Source: Vitrella brassicaformis CCMP3155 (lineage: Eukaryota; Protista; Chromerida). From it: a stretch of 64,000 nt of DNA. Made by a program: the position numbers and the translations under genes. Of the stretch, positions 11,013 through 22,650 are shown piece by piece (within the stretch, counting starts at the first letter, position 1; each line of letters begins with the position of its first letter). The DNA is taken from positions 62,001-126,000 of the forward strand of contig CDMY01000224.1 of assembly GCA_001179505.1 (NCBI GenBank). The letters run 5' to 3'. A model generated the notes under the pieces. That model worked only from the letters and a program-made list of their open reading frames with translations. It was not told the DNA's origin and did no database searches.

Positions 11013-13110
11013 ATGAATGTCCGTCCGCCCTCGCCCCAGCCTGCTTTGCATCCCCAGCCCCCGCCTCCACCTTCGCCATCGCTTACCTGCATTGACGAGG
11101 ATGAGGACGTCAACTCTAATTCGTGTGTCGTTCCCGACATCGAGGAGCGCACGCAGTGCTGTGAGAAACCCGATGGAAGCCACTGCACGTCGTCCCAGTC
11201 ACCCGCTATGGCTGGCGCAGAGGACGTCAAGAACGCCAAAGGTGGTGATGATGCTGAGGCTGACGGTGATGGTGATCTGCCGCACAGCCCGTGTGCCAAG
11301 ATGCTCTCGTGGTGGGCTGGGTGGTGCGTTGGGTCCGCAGCCCGACTCGTCGCCGGTGTGGTTCTCCTGTCCATCCTCTCTGAGCTTCTCCAGGTGAGTG
11401 TCATGATGACTGCATGTCTGACATGTCAGCGGGGGAGGCTGGGCTGGACGAATGGTTTCTGTCTGGTCTGTGACTGCCTGCCTGCCTCACACAGGACGGT
11501 TTGGATGCTGCGGGTTTAGACTTTCCGGGCTCGGTCGCCGGGCTTCTTCTGGTGTTTCTCGTGACGATCGTGCTGGACGTTGTTGGTCAGAAGTGTCCCC
11601 GCCTGCAGGGCCTGCTGCCGGCTTGGCTGTCCATCTTCAAGGCAGCTGAGGGCACCTTACTCAAGTGGATGATCGTCCTCTTCCTGCCGGCGGTCCTCGG
11701 GCTCCCTGCGCTGGCTGAGACAACAAGCATCGAGGTCACCTGGCTGGGCTGGATCAAGATCATGGCTGTCGTCCTGATTGGGATGCCGCTGACGGCTGCC
11801 TTTGGGGGGACGCTCATCATGCAAGGCTGCGCAAGTGCAACTGTCGTGGCGTCACTGAGGAGATCTCGCCGATCGAGATGGAGGAGGGCGTCAACAAGGA
11901 GGAGGAAGGGCCGGCGGCAAGACCGAAACTGGCCCCCAAGGCTTCGGTCGCGTGGGTGCGCCCCTACGCTGCTGTCGGCGGCGTCTGCCTGGTGCTCTTC
12001 CTCATGGTGCTCGTGGCAGCTCCGGCGTACCTACAGATCCTCTCGCAACTGCTGATGATCGTCTGGCTGCCGTGGACCTTCGGATCCCTCCGTCAGCTGG
12101 AGGCGAGGATCCCGTCGTCGAGGTGGTATCGCTATGTTGCCATCCCGGTGCTGGGGACCCTGGCAATGGCGTGGCTCATGATGCTGACGCTGGCGGCTGT
12201 GAGGGATGTTCCCTTCCCCCTCGTGGTGCGGGAATTCCGCACAGGTGAGTCGCGTCGACAGACACATCGGGGATGGAAAGCGACAGCACTGTCACGTGTG
12301 TTGCGCTGTGCATCCATCGATCAGGCGAGCTCCTTCGGATTCTGCCGTCGCTCATCGATGCCTCTCACAGCCGCAGGTGAGTGAATGCATCAAGCATCCA
12401 GATCTGTCCGTCTCGTACTCATAGATTCGTGTGTCACTCACCTGCTCCCTCCCTTGTGCTCTCAGCTATGACTTCGGCGCGGGGGATGTGCTGCTGTACC
12501 TGCTGAACTCGGCCACCATTGCGATGGCCTTCCCAATGCACTCGCGGCTGCCTCAAATGAGAAAATTCTTCATCGAGCTCAATGCAGCGGCGCTGATCGT
12601 GTCGATCGCATCCATCATGCTCTCGGTATCCTGCTCCCGCCTGATCGGCCTCTCGCCAACCATCTCTGCGAGCATGTCGTTGCGAAGCGTGACAGCGCCC
12701 ATTGCGATTGCGTCGTCGCGCTACCTGGGGGGTGCCAACGAGTCCCTGGTGGGTGGCATTTGTGTGATGACTGGGACGACAGGAGTGCTGCTGTACGACA
12801 AGATCCTGGGACTGCTGCGCCGCTGGACGGCCACGATGAAGAAAGACACACTGGACGTGATGCAGGGGGTGGCTGTGGGTGTTTCGTGCCATGGTACGCA
12901 TGACGTGCAAACAAAATGAAGCACGCTGATCTGCAGACGTGTGTGTGTGTGTGTGTGTGGACAGGGCAAGGGACATCGATGCTCCTGCTGACGCACCCTG
13001 GTGCCGCCCCTTTCTCCGCCATTGCATTCGCGCTCCTGGGCATCTACAGTGCGGTGCTGATGGCCATTCCCGCGGTCCCTGCTGCTGTCGCCGCCATCGC
13101 AAAGCTGTGA
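11013..13110 (+). CDS. LrgA-LrgB (CidAB/LrgAB) fusion transporter, PLGG1-like
   Basis: LrgA-like FPGSVAGLLLVFL...LLKWMIVLFLPAVLGLP, then LrgB LLNSATIAMAFPM...SMSLRSVTAPIAI...GVAVGVSCHG-GT. About six exons, with a frame discontinuity near 11825. Confidence 0.9.
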
Positions 13111-14169
13111 AGCTGCTGCTGCTGCTGCTGCTGATCGGCCAACTCACGCACTCACTCACTAACTGACTCAGATGCCCGCTTGTCGACTTACTCTTGGTGC
13201 ATATGGGTTTGAATGGCCTTGTGCGTGTCCATGTAGGTGCGTACGTGTCGTGTTGTGTTGCGGTGCTGTGCGGCGTGCTGTGTCGTGTTGTTGTGTTGCG
13301 CTGTGTCATTCTTGCTGCTGTCGGGAAAGGGGGGGTGGGCTGGGGGTGCGGGGGAAGTCCGTGTCCAATTGTCCTTTTGTTTGTTTGTGCTGCCTGTTTG
13401 TGTATGTACCTTATGTCGTTTTGCCATCCATGCCTTGTGTGTGTATGTGTGTACAATTGTAGTCTGCCGCGCAAAGGATGGCTGGTAGCACGATAGCCAC
13501 GACGGTAGCTAGCTAGCTACACGCGATGCGGTGTGGGGTGTGTGTGTGTGTGTGTGTGTCCAAATCCTAGTGCCCGCCCTCCCCCTGAGAGAAATCGGGG
13601 CAGGGCGGGCAGACCACGAGAGGAAACAGTCGTGGTGGGGATGGCTCTGGGTTGCGTGTGGGTGTGAGCAACTTGCGGCCCCGTTCAGCGGGCGAATGAA
13701 TTCTGGCGTCTCGTCGTTCGTTCGTTGTCTCCATTCGTTTCTCTCGTCGGGCCATCGAGTCAGTGTCGTACCTTTTCGTCCTGCCTGCCTGCCTGCCTCG
13801 TCTGTTTTCTTTTCGACAGTTGTCTTGGTGTGTCTGTCTGCCTGCCTGCCTGTCTGCCTGTCTGCCTGCCTGCCAGTGTGGTTCTTATTTATCCTTGTCC
13901 TGCCTGCTGTGTGCTTCTCATGTATGGGGACATACTTCAGTAGGTAGTGGAGAAGCGCAGCCCAGAATGAGACAAGGAGGCATCGTTTCTGTCATCTGTG
14001 GCTGGCATGCGCACGTTCGGACGACAGACAAGGGGAGGAGAGCGTGTGCATACGAACGATGACACACACACACACACACACACATCACATTCGTATATAA
14101 AGTATGACGTCAGTTCGGACGTCAGTCCGTATGCCTCTATGCCTCTTTCCATCCCTATCGTGTGTGTTT

Positions 14170-15700
14170 GTTTGGTGTGCTTGCTGATTTAACCGAGGAG
14201 AGATTCTTACTGACAGAGAGAGATATTTCACAGCCAGCGGTGTCATCTATGGATTGATGTGTGTGACATACAATAAGTCCATCGAAGTGCACACGAAGTC
14301 AGAGCGCACTGCATGTGGAAGAGGGTCGGTCGGGTGGCCTGGAGTGGGGTAAGACGTCCATCATGTCGTCATTCATGGTGCGTCAAAGGCAGGCCGGCAG
14401 ATATCCATGAATGCCTGAAGTCCGTGCATACAGTGCTGAAGTGCACACATACAAAGTGAGAGCGTACTGCACGTGGAAGAGGGTCGGTCGGGTGGCCTGG
14501 CCCAGTGGGGCGAGACATCCCGCATTGCATGCATGGTCTTCATTCATGGTGCGTCAAAGGCAGGCCAGCAGATATCCACGGACGGGTGGTTTGAGTTGGA
14601 CTTGCGTGCCTGAGACTGACTGGCTGGCGAAGCCTCCCTGTGTGTTGCCTCCTTTCTCGTCTGTGTCTGTCTGTCTGTCTGTCTGTCTGTGCGTGTGTCT
14701 GCATGTGTCGAGGCCGAGAGGGCCCGATGTATTACATGCATACATAAATACCTACAGCCATACAGCCGTGCGGCCTCTTGCTCGGTGCCTGGTTTCACTG
14801 TCTGGTTTTTATTTGTTGATCTACCAGCATCGGTTTAGGCGTTCCTTATGTCGTCGGCTTTCATCCATTCATTCATTCACTAATGTGTTGTTTGGGGGGC
14901 TGGCCAGGCCGGATCGCATGGATGTTCTATGTGTGGCTTTCCTGCACGCGTGTGGCGTGGGTGTGTGGGTGGACTCTTTTATCACGACGACACACACATC
15001 ACATGACATCACACGCCGGGTATGCCTCTTTTTGCTGATTTAGTGGAAGAGAGGTTCTTTCTCAGAGAGAGAGAGATTTGACAGCCAGAAGGGTCACGTA
15101 TGTATGGATTGACGTGTGTGACATACATACAAGGAGTCCATCGATGAGCGAAGTGCACACAAAGTGAGAGTGCACTGCACTGCTGGTGGTTTGTCACCCC
15201 ATAAAGGAGTTTAATCCATACCTTCTGCACAGGCAGGGCAAGGTGCGCCACACACATACACACATACGCCTACATACGCTAAGACTGACTGGCTGACTGA
15301 TTTGCGGCGGATGGATGGATGGATGGAGCTTCCCTGTATGTCGGTTGCGTCCTTTCCCCTCTGTCTGTCTGTCTGTCTGTCTGTCTGTGCCTAGCTGCAT
15401 GTGTGTGCATGTGTCGAGGCCGACAGGGCCCGATGTAATACATACACACCCACAGCCCTACCATCCATACAGCCGTGCAGCCTCCCACAACTCGGTAGTG
15501 TGCCTGCCGCTGGAGAGGCTCATGAGATGCATGAGATGGGAGCTCTGGGTTGGGTGCATTGCATGCGGAGTGTTTATCATCCATATGACATTCATTCATT
15601 GCTGCTGTGTGCTGGTTTCCCAGTCTGTCTGGTTTTTGTCCGTTGTCCATCGGTCCAAGGCCTTCCCTTCCTTACTCATGTCGTCGGCATTCGACCATCC
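14170..15700. repeat. Degenerate non-coding tandem duplication (two roughly 800-bp units, with an internal ~130-bp duplication in the first)
   Basis: 14185-14312 resembles 15040-15185; 14283-14408 resembles 14436-14578; 14660-14790 resembles 15360-15490; 14800-14845 resembles 15615-15660. Confidence 0.8.
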
Positions 15701-15844
15701 ATTCATTATCGTTCTGCGGTGTGGACGTTTCGACGAACCGATAGATACGCGATGTGATGCATGGAACAAATTGCGATTACCAAATGGACAGTGACCGACT
15801 CGGCAGAACCCACCCATCCCACCCACGATCGCGTCAGTCAGTGG

Positions 15845-18800
15845 TCACGTCGCCAGTGTAGCACGGGAATCCTCACTCTCATCATCCCCCTCTTGTCTGG
15901 CCTTGTCCTTCCTGTCTCCTCTCTCCCCCTCCCCTTCATCCCGATCCTCATGCTCATACTCATCGTCCAGCCCCACCCCACCCCTCTCAGCAGCAGCCCG
16001 TCTCGGCCGCACCGTCCCGCCCCCAGTACTACCCGCAGCCCGGCTGTACGCACTCTTCACACGCCACTTCTGCTGCTGCTTCTTCGCAAGCGCCCGCTCT
16101 CTCATCTCCTCGGCATCCTCGTCCTCATGCCAATCACACTCACCACCGCCACCGCCGGCCGATCCTGCCGCGGCGTCTCGCTTGCTGGCGACGTCGCTCA
16201 GGCGCTTCCAGTCGTCTGTGTGTGTTGAGGAGGGCAGCTTATTGGTGTGGGTGACGGGCGGGGTGAACTCGATGAACTCCTTGGCTGCGGGGACGAAGGT
16301 GGAGACGATGCGGGCGAGGAAGGACCGGAGGGAGCGGTCCTTGACGGCGTTGAACAAGTCGCGCAGGTGCACTGAATGAACCGCCCAGCCTGTGGGAAGA
16401 GAAGAACGGACATGCTAGAGTGAGTGGCTGGGTATGTGATGTGTGGGCACTTGTGGTCGGTTACTCACTGACCGAGCAGCGACAGCTGCCTTTGCCTGAG
16501 CTCTGCTGACGCCAATGGGCGGCTGGAAGGGGCAACCAAATCCTAACAAACACACACGACATAGGGGGGTGCATCATTCGCAGGTGTGTGAGTGAGTGTG
16601 TATGCGCTGATGGTGTGCTGATTGATGGTGTGGTGTGATACGATCTCACCTGGAAGTTGAGGACGTCGATGAGGTGCTTCTCGAGTGGGAATGCCACACT
16701 GACGCGATAGATGTTCTCCAGCGTGTGGGCAGTCTTGTGCGCAACCTTCAGCTGAGAGATGAACAAAGCCAACACGTGTCTGTCTATGGTGTCCGTCTGT
16801 GTGTGTCTTTGCGGTGCGTATGTGCTTACCTGGATGAGCGTCTCCGACAGCCACTTGTCATAGTTATAATCCTTGACGCGCAATCGCTTGTCCATCCTGT
16901 AGCCAGCCGTTCCGGTCAGGACCAATTGGTGCCCCTTCTCCCTCCCTCCCTCTGGCCACCTGTATTTGGCGCCTCCTTCGTAGACATAGAGGTCCGCCCT
17001 GGGGCACGCCAAGACGTCTTCCAGGAAGGCCACGAGTGCGTCGGATGCAGGGGGGTCCAGCCCGCTGGGCTTGAGCTTGAGAGCGTGCAGGGCCACCTGC
17101 TGCGCATGCATCAGCTCCTTCGGCAATTCATCCCCGAAACCCCTGAGCGAGCGACAAGAGAGAGAGAAGCATGCACCAGCAGCTTCGCTTGTATGCCTTG
17201 TGGATGTGTGTGTATGTGTGTGACCTGACCTGGCGATGTCTTCGAGGAGTGGCGTGAGGTACTGCTCCTCGCTGGTGACGACGCACACCCACGCCAGCCG
17301 CAGAAGCGCCTCAGCGGCCTCCTTGGCACCATCCTTCAACACATCACCGCTGAAGGGGTCGTCCTCACCCTGCCAATAATGACCCATGTACAAACATGTT
17401 TGCCATTCCTCAGAGGTGTCTGTCTTGTCTTGGTGCTCGTATACAAGCACCTCACCTGGATGTGCACGTTGCCCCCGCGGTATTCGGCCCGCCCGACGGC
17501 GGCCTTTTGTTCCGGTGTGCCGTATCGCTGAGTGAGAAAGTGCACCACCACCGGACGCACCCAATCCATCTTGAGACTTTGCTGCACTCACACCACACAA
17601 CCAACCCCCTACACACATGCAGTGCAAGCTTAGCTAAGCTAAACTAAGCCAAGCTGTGTTAGTCGCCCCCCATCCCTCTCACCGACCGACTGCCTCACCT
17701 CAGTGAGTGTCCACAAGAGGTAGCAGAGCATCAGAGGCCTGGGGCGCTCGCCCTCGGTCTCGATCAGGTGCTGCACCGTGTCGACGATCTTGTGCACAGA
17801 GTCGTCCTCAAACCCAATCCGGGCACACGCGTAGCACAGCACAATCATCGACTGCAGGTCGCTGTCCAGCCGCGCCAGCTGAGCGAGGTTGTCGCTGATG
17901 GCCTTCTGCACACGAGGGCGGCGGTGTATGTGGGTCCTCACGAGGAGCCGGTCGTCAGCTGGCAGGTACGAGAGGCTTCCGACGATGCGCAGGAAGTCCT
18001 CGGGGTCGCCTGAGCGGAGGAGGGGTGCGAGTTGCCGGAGGATGACGTTGGTGAGCTGGTCGTCGGTGATGTTGAGTTCGTGCATCGCCTCAAATAGGTC
18101 CGCCACATTCGCTGCCGTGAAACACCTACACACATCCAGACATCCACCCACCAATCCATTCACCTGTGCGTGTGTGTGCGTGTGACCATCTCACTGACCA
18201 CCAGGTTCTGATGCGTTGTCGGATGGCGGTGAGTAGCTGGTCGATGAGTGTGGGGCTCCTGAGGTTGTTAGGGCACTTGGTGAGTACGTGTAGGATCTGC
18301 ACGCAGTCCTCAGCGAAGATGCTCTGGACCTTCTTGCTCGTCAGCTCCAGCAGCGCAGGCACCACGGGGTGCGACAGGTACTCGGCCTCGTACAGACCCA
18401 CCAGCGTCTGCACTATGTTCTCAGGGTACAACACGTGCTTGCGCTCCAAGATCTCCAGGACAGACATGAATGACCACACGCAACACACACACACATCGAT
18501 GCGTCCAGAGGAGACTCACCCCCTCTCCCCCCCCCCCTCTCCCCATCCACACAGACAAGACAGACAGACAGACAGACCGACTCACCTGGTCGCATAAAGC
18601 GCTGTAGAGCTTTGCGTCGGTGACGCCTGCCGCACCGAAGCCGTAGACAGCGCGGGAGAGCTGCAGGGGTGAGAAGGTGCCGACTAGCTTGAGGGCCTGC
18701 TGCTTGAGTCCGGCGAAGAGCTCCTTGTGTGCGAACTCCGCCTGTGCGAGGGCCATGGCGACGCTTGAGATGTCGTGGGCCGTGAACTGCTTGACCTTGG

Positions 18801-21100
18801 GCAACATCGAGGCGGCAAGGTCCGAGAACAGATCCGGGTCAGATACGCCTGCAGGACACACAACACACGCACCCAGAGAGAGATGGCATGGATGAGATGG
18901 GTTGGCCCTTGTTGTGTTGCATCTGTGTAAACAAACGCTCGAGCGTGGTACCAGCATTTGCATACGCCCACGCGACGGTGCAGAGGTCCCTGGCTGCCAG
19001 GTCCAGCATGAACGACCGGATGGTGGGCGAGATGGTGAACTTGAAGAGCTCCTCGTCGGCCTCCTCCACCCTGCTCATGGCCCAGGTCAGCTGCACCACG
19101 TCGCGCACCGTGCACTGCTCCACCTGCCGCTCCAGAGACCGGCGGATCTTCTTGAACAGACTGGGGTCGGTGTAGGACATGCTGGCGAAGGCGTGGGCCA
19201 CCCCGGCGATCTCCTGCATGGAGAACTGGTCCATCCCCTTCTGCACCTTCTGCGACAGCTGCGCGAACAGATGGGGGTCCCGCACATCCAGCTTGGCCAG
19301 CGCCGAGCACACCACTGTCAGGTCGAGGGGCGTCTTGAACTCCTCATACCGATACTTGACGGCCTCGACGAGCTGCTCCTTGAGCGGCATGGCCTCCTTG
19401 ATGGCGAACGACAGCTTTGAGAGGCAGAAGAGTGCGGTGCTGAGGTGCTGGCCCTCGAACTTGGGCACGTGCTGCGTGCACTGCACCATCAGTGACGGCA
19501 GCCACTTGGGGGCGTGCTCAAGCTTGACCAGACCCCAGAACAGGTTCACCAGCCCTTGCGGCCCAAGGTGCACCAGCATCCTCTCGGCAGCGACCAGCAG
19601 CTCCACGAACCGCTCGTCCTTGACGATCGTCTGCCGCTGGTACGGAGTGACGTAGCGCCCCAGCCGATGGACGGCCGTCGTCACGTTGACCTCGTCCATG
19701 TGCCCGATGTTGCCGCCCACAGTGGTGAGGATGGCCGCGACGCTCCTGGCCTTGACGAGCTCCTGCTGCACCTGCAGCCGCTCGGGAGCCATGTTCATCC
19801 ACGTCTCCACCGGCAGCTTGGTCGCCGCACGAACCAGCTCCGCGGGGGAGTGGGCGTCCACCTCCGTCGGCGGCGCCGTCACGTCGGCTTCGTCGCCATG
19901 GCGAGCGGGAGAAGTGTCGCCCTGGCCGAAGAGCATGGCACGGATCTTGGCCTTCTCCTCTTTCTCTGACAGAGACGGCTCCTGCCCGATGTCGTCAATC
20001 AGCGCGCTGCCTCGCACCATCCTCAGCTGCCCGTGGTCATCCCTCTCGCCGAGCCGGTCCATGGCCTCTGCAGCAGGCTTCTGCAGGGGCCCGGTCGTGG
20101 CATTGCTCTCGTGTGTCGCCTCTTCTTTGGCCGCTGCTGCTGAGTAGATTGATGCGTCGCTGGAGGTCTCTGCCTCCAGCTGAGAGAGGGAGGCCAGGTC
20201 GAGAGCAGACCCAGGGGTGGTCTTGCCCCTGGTGCTGTGGCTGTGCTGTGCCGCCCGGTCCTCCTTGTCCCAACTGGGTACGCCCTTCATGCTGCCGCCC
20301 GAGGGGAAGAGGTCCCCCTCCCCTCCCTCCCCCTCGTCGATGGCCGGCAGCCTCCTGCCGTCGGCCTTGTCCTTGTGCCTGGCCTTCTCCTCCTTCCTCC
20401 TCAGCTGCCTCGCTGCCAGGCTCTCCCGCGTCTTGGCCACCTTGTGCAGCTCCTTCTCCCTGATCTCCTCCCAAAACGTCTTCTGGTACAGCGGCTCGTC
20501 TGTCTTGAGGTCGCGCAGAGAGAAGCGCGACTTGCCCTTGTTGCGCCGGCCGGCATCTTTGTCCATCTCCTTGAGCGGCAGATCGTCCTCGTCTGCCTGG
20601 CTCATCGTGGACTTGCCGGCCTTGCGCTCCAGCCGCCCCCCCTTGCCCCTCCTCGGCATGGCCTCGGCCTCCACCTCCTCTGTGGACTTGAAGAGAGTGC
20701 TGGGGTGTGCCCCGTAGCGCATCTTCCGGCGGAAGCTGGAGCTGGTCTCCTCTCGGATGATGGACGTGTACGATGCAGGCGTGTAGGATGGTTCGTCGTA
20801 CTCATCCCTGCCGACCTCCCCCTCCTCAAAGGACTCCTCGAAGGCCTTGGCACGGTCACCAGCGCCGCCCGCACTTGACGACATGCCTGCCGCTGCAAGC
20901 CGGACATGCTGCAAGGCCGGGATGGATGAGGGCTGAGACGGGCTGCCGGAGAGAGCCACGCGATGAATGAAGGAGGGGAGGGGAGTGGTTGCATGGCGAG
21001 CACTGCACTCGGCGCCGGCTGGATCTGTAGTTTGTGCCAGTGGTCTTGGGCGCCGCAGGTTGCCGCGATGAATGCGGGATGAAAGCTTTGACGGGATCAT
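15845..21100 (-). CDS. Large helical-repeat (heptatricopeptide/OPR-type) organellar RNA-binding protein with C-terminal RAP domain
   Basis: Counted repeat periods of 37, 37, 38, 37 and 37 aa (DLTVVCSALAKL..DPHLF, EIAGVAHAFASM..DPSLF, DVVQLTWAMSRV..DEELF, DLCTVAWAYANA..DPDLF, DISSVAMALAQA..HKELF). RAP-like end YRVSVAFPLEKHLIDV...LRQRQLSLLGWAVHSV. The R/S-rich N-terminus resembles a mitochondrial presequence. About nine exons. Confidence 0.9.
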
Positions 21101-21435
21101 GAAACGAAACCCCTGGATGTTGACCAGCTGGGCTCCCTAGCCCCTACAGCCTCACCAAAAGAGCCAGATCTTCGCTCTCTAGCTCGAAGAGAGAGCGGTT
21201 TCGAAGATCTGCGAGCTCAGACTTGCCGTGTTGGCAGAAGGGAAAGAAGGAAACAGGCAGCAAAGACACAGGTGAGCAGCCTTCAAAGTGGGACCACCCA
21301 AGCTGGCTCGATGATCTTGATGCCTGTGTGTTGCTTTCCTGCTGCCATGTCAGATTCGTCGCTCCCTCCCCGTCCCCCATCCCCTCCCCTCCTCTCCTCG
21401 CCCTCCCCCCCCATCCCATCCCATACAGATCGACC
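21101..21435. promoter_or_regulatory. Candidate bidirectional promoter with AGATCT x2 and AGCGGTTTC (reverse complement of GAAACCGCT)
   Basis: AGATCT at 21166 and 21205 and AGCGGTTTC at 21194. A probable 5' intron lies at about 21272-21428. Confidence 0.55.
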
Positions 21436-22650
21436 ATGGCCTCATCCTGGCAGGACAGCGATTGGCAAACCATGTGCTTGCTGATCAAGGAGAGTCAGAA
21501 CGTCGACGGCGGCCTTTGGACGCAGTACATCGAGCGGGCCTCCAAGACCAAGCGCGACCCCACATGCCACGACTGGGAGTTTCTCGCACGGTTCCTCACC
21601 ACGGCCGCCGGCAGCAACCCCGTCGTGTCGGCCATGGCCCACCGGGCGCTGCAGGCCAAGCAGTACGAGGCCGACAAGACCTGGGACGCCCTCGTCATGG
21701 CCACGCAGGGCCACCCCTACTTCCACAGATTCTACGGACCACAGATCTACACCAGCGAGGACCTCCCTGGCTGGGTGCGGGCGCAGGCGTCGACCAAGGT
21801 GCCGCAGGAGCGCAAAGTGCTGGCCATCAAGACCATCATGGTGCGGACAAGCGAGGACGCGCGAGCGGTGCTGCGGTGCGTGCTGGTTGACGCCGACGGC
21901 AAGGTGGTGCTTGACGACTGGGTCAAGCCGTACGGCTCCATCACCGACGACGTCAAGGCCTTTGGCACCACCCCGGAGCAGATCGAGGCCACCTCGACGA
22001 TGCGCGAGCAGCTGCAGCAGAAGCTGCTCAAGCTCATCAGCCCCGACACCATCCTGCTGGGCCACAACACGGCGCAGGACCTGTGTGCCATCCGGCTGCA
22101 CCACGCCAAGATCGTCGATGTGGGCCTGCTGTGCCGCTCCTTCGACAACCCCCGCCACGCCCCCACACTCAAGGAGATCTACGAGACCATCGCGCGCGAC
22201 AACGAAGCCATGGGCCCGCGCGACACTGACGACAGCGAACCCGCGTCGGCGGCCCGCGTGCTGGTGGACGTGGGTCGTCACCTGAAGGACCACCGGATGG
22301 ACAAGCCCAAGAGCCACCCCACCCCCAAAAACGTCGACAACGGCGGACGGCAGGAGCAGCAGTCCAAGCTCTTCGTCCACAAGATCCCACGCATGGTGCG
22401 GCCGGAGGAGATCCAGGCCCTCTTCCAGCCACAGCCGGTCGTCGGCAACATCAAGATGTCGTCTGGCGGCACCTGGTCGGCCCTCCTGGACTTCGGCAGC
22501 CCCGCTCTCGCCATGGCCATGTTCGACAGCGTGCCGGGCAGCACGGGCCAGGACACACGGGGGCGGGCGCAGAAGTCCCTGTACATCCCACTGATGTTCA
22601 ACAGCAGCGACACCCAGTACGTGGAGATCAAGATACAAAAGGCCGGCTGA
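21436..22650 (+). CDS. SDN-like (small RNA degrading nuclease / REXO1 family) DEDDh-fold protein with C-terminal RRM, catalytic residues substituted
   Basis: Uninterrupted CDS. N-terminal GLWTQYI...DPTCHDWEFLARFLTT and HPYF..Y......W, exonuclease fold VLVDADGKVVLDDWVKP...TILLGHNTAQDLCAIRLHHAKIVD, and RRM KLFVHKIP...AMFDSVPG..GQDTRGRAQK. This matches plant SDN architecture as recalled. Confidence 0.85.
   Translation: MASSWQDSDWQTMCLLIKESQNVDGGLWTQYIERASKTKRDPTCHDWEFLARFLTTAAGSNPVVSAMAHRALQAKQYEADKTWDALVMATQGHPYFHRFYGPQIYTSEDLPGWVRAQASTKVPQERKVLAIKTIMVRTSEDARAVLRCVLVDADGKVVLDDWVKPYGSITDDVKAFGTTPEQIEATSTMREQLQQKLLKLISPDTILLGHNTAQDLCAIRLHHAKIVDVGLLCRSFDNPRHAPTLKEIYETIARDNEAMGPRDTDDSEPASAARVLVDVGRHLKDHRMDKPKSHPTPKNVDNGGRQEQQSKLFVHKIPRMVRPEEIQALFQPQPVVGNIKMSSGGTWSALLDFGSPALAMAMFDSVPGSTGQDTRGRAQKSLYIPLMFNSSDTQYVEIKIQKAG

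Noticed and set aside
13110-14170. Cys/Val-rich ORFs downstream of the LrgAB gene
   Set aside because: Products of (GT)n and (GCCT)n repeats in 3' UTR or intergenic DNA.
13505-17640. Short perfect palindromes TAGCTAGCTAGCTA (about 13509) and AGCTTAGCTAAGCT (about 17627)
   Set aside because: Too short, and explicable by tetranucleotide slippage; no hairpin RNA or element termini.
18902-22638. Long opposite-strand ORFs (e.g. 20237-20878 +, 18902-19420 +, 21442-22638 -)
   Set aside because: They are antisense shadows of GC3-rich real genes, with Leu/Val/His/Gly-rich composition and no domain motifs.
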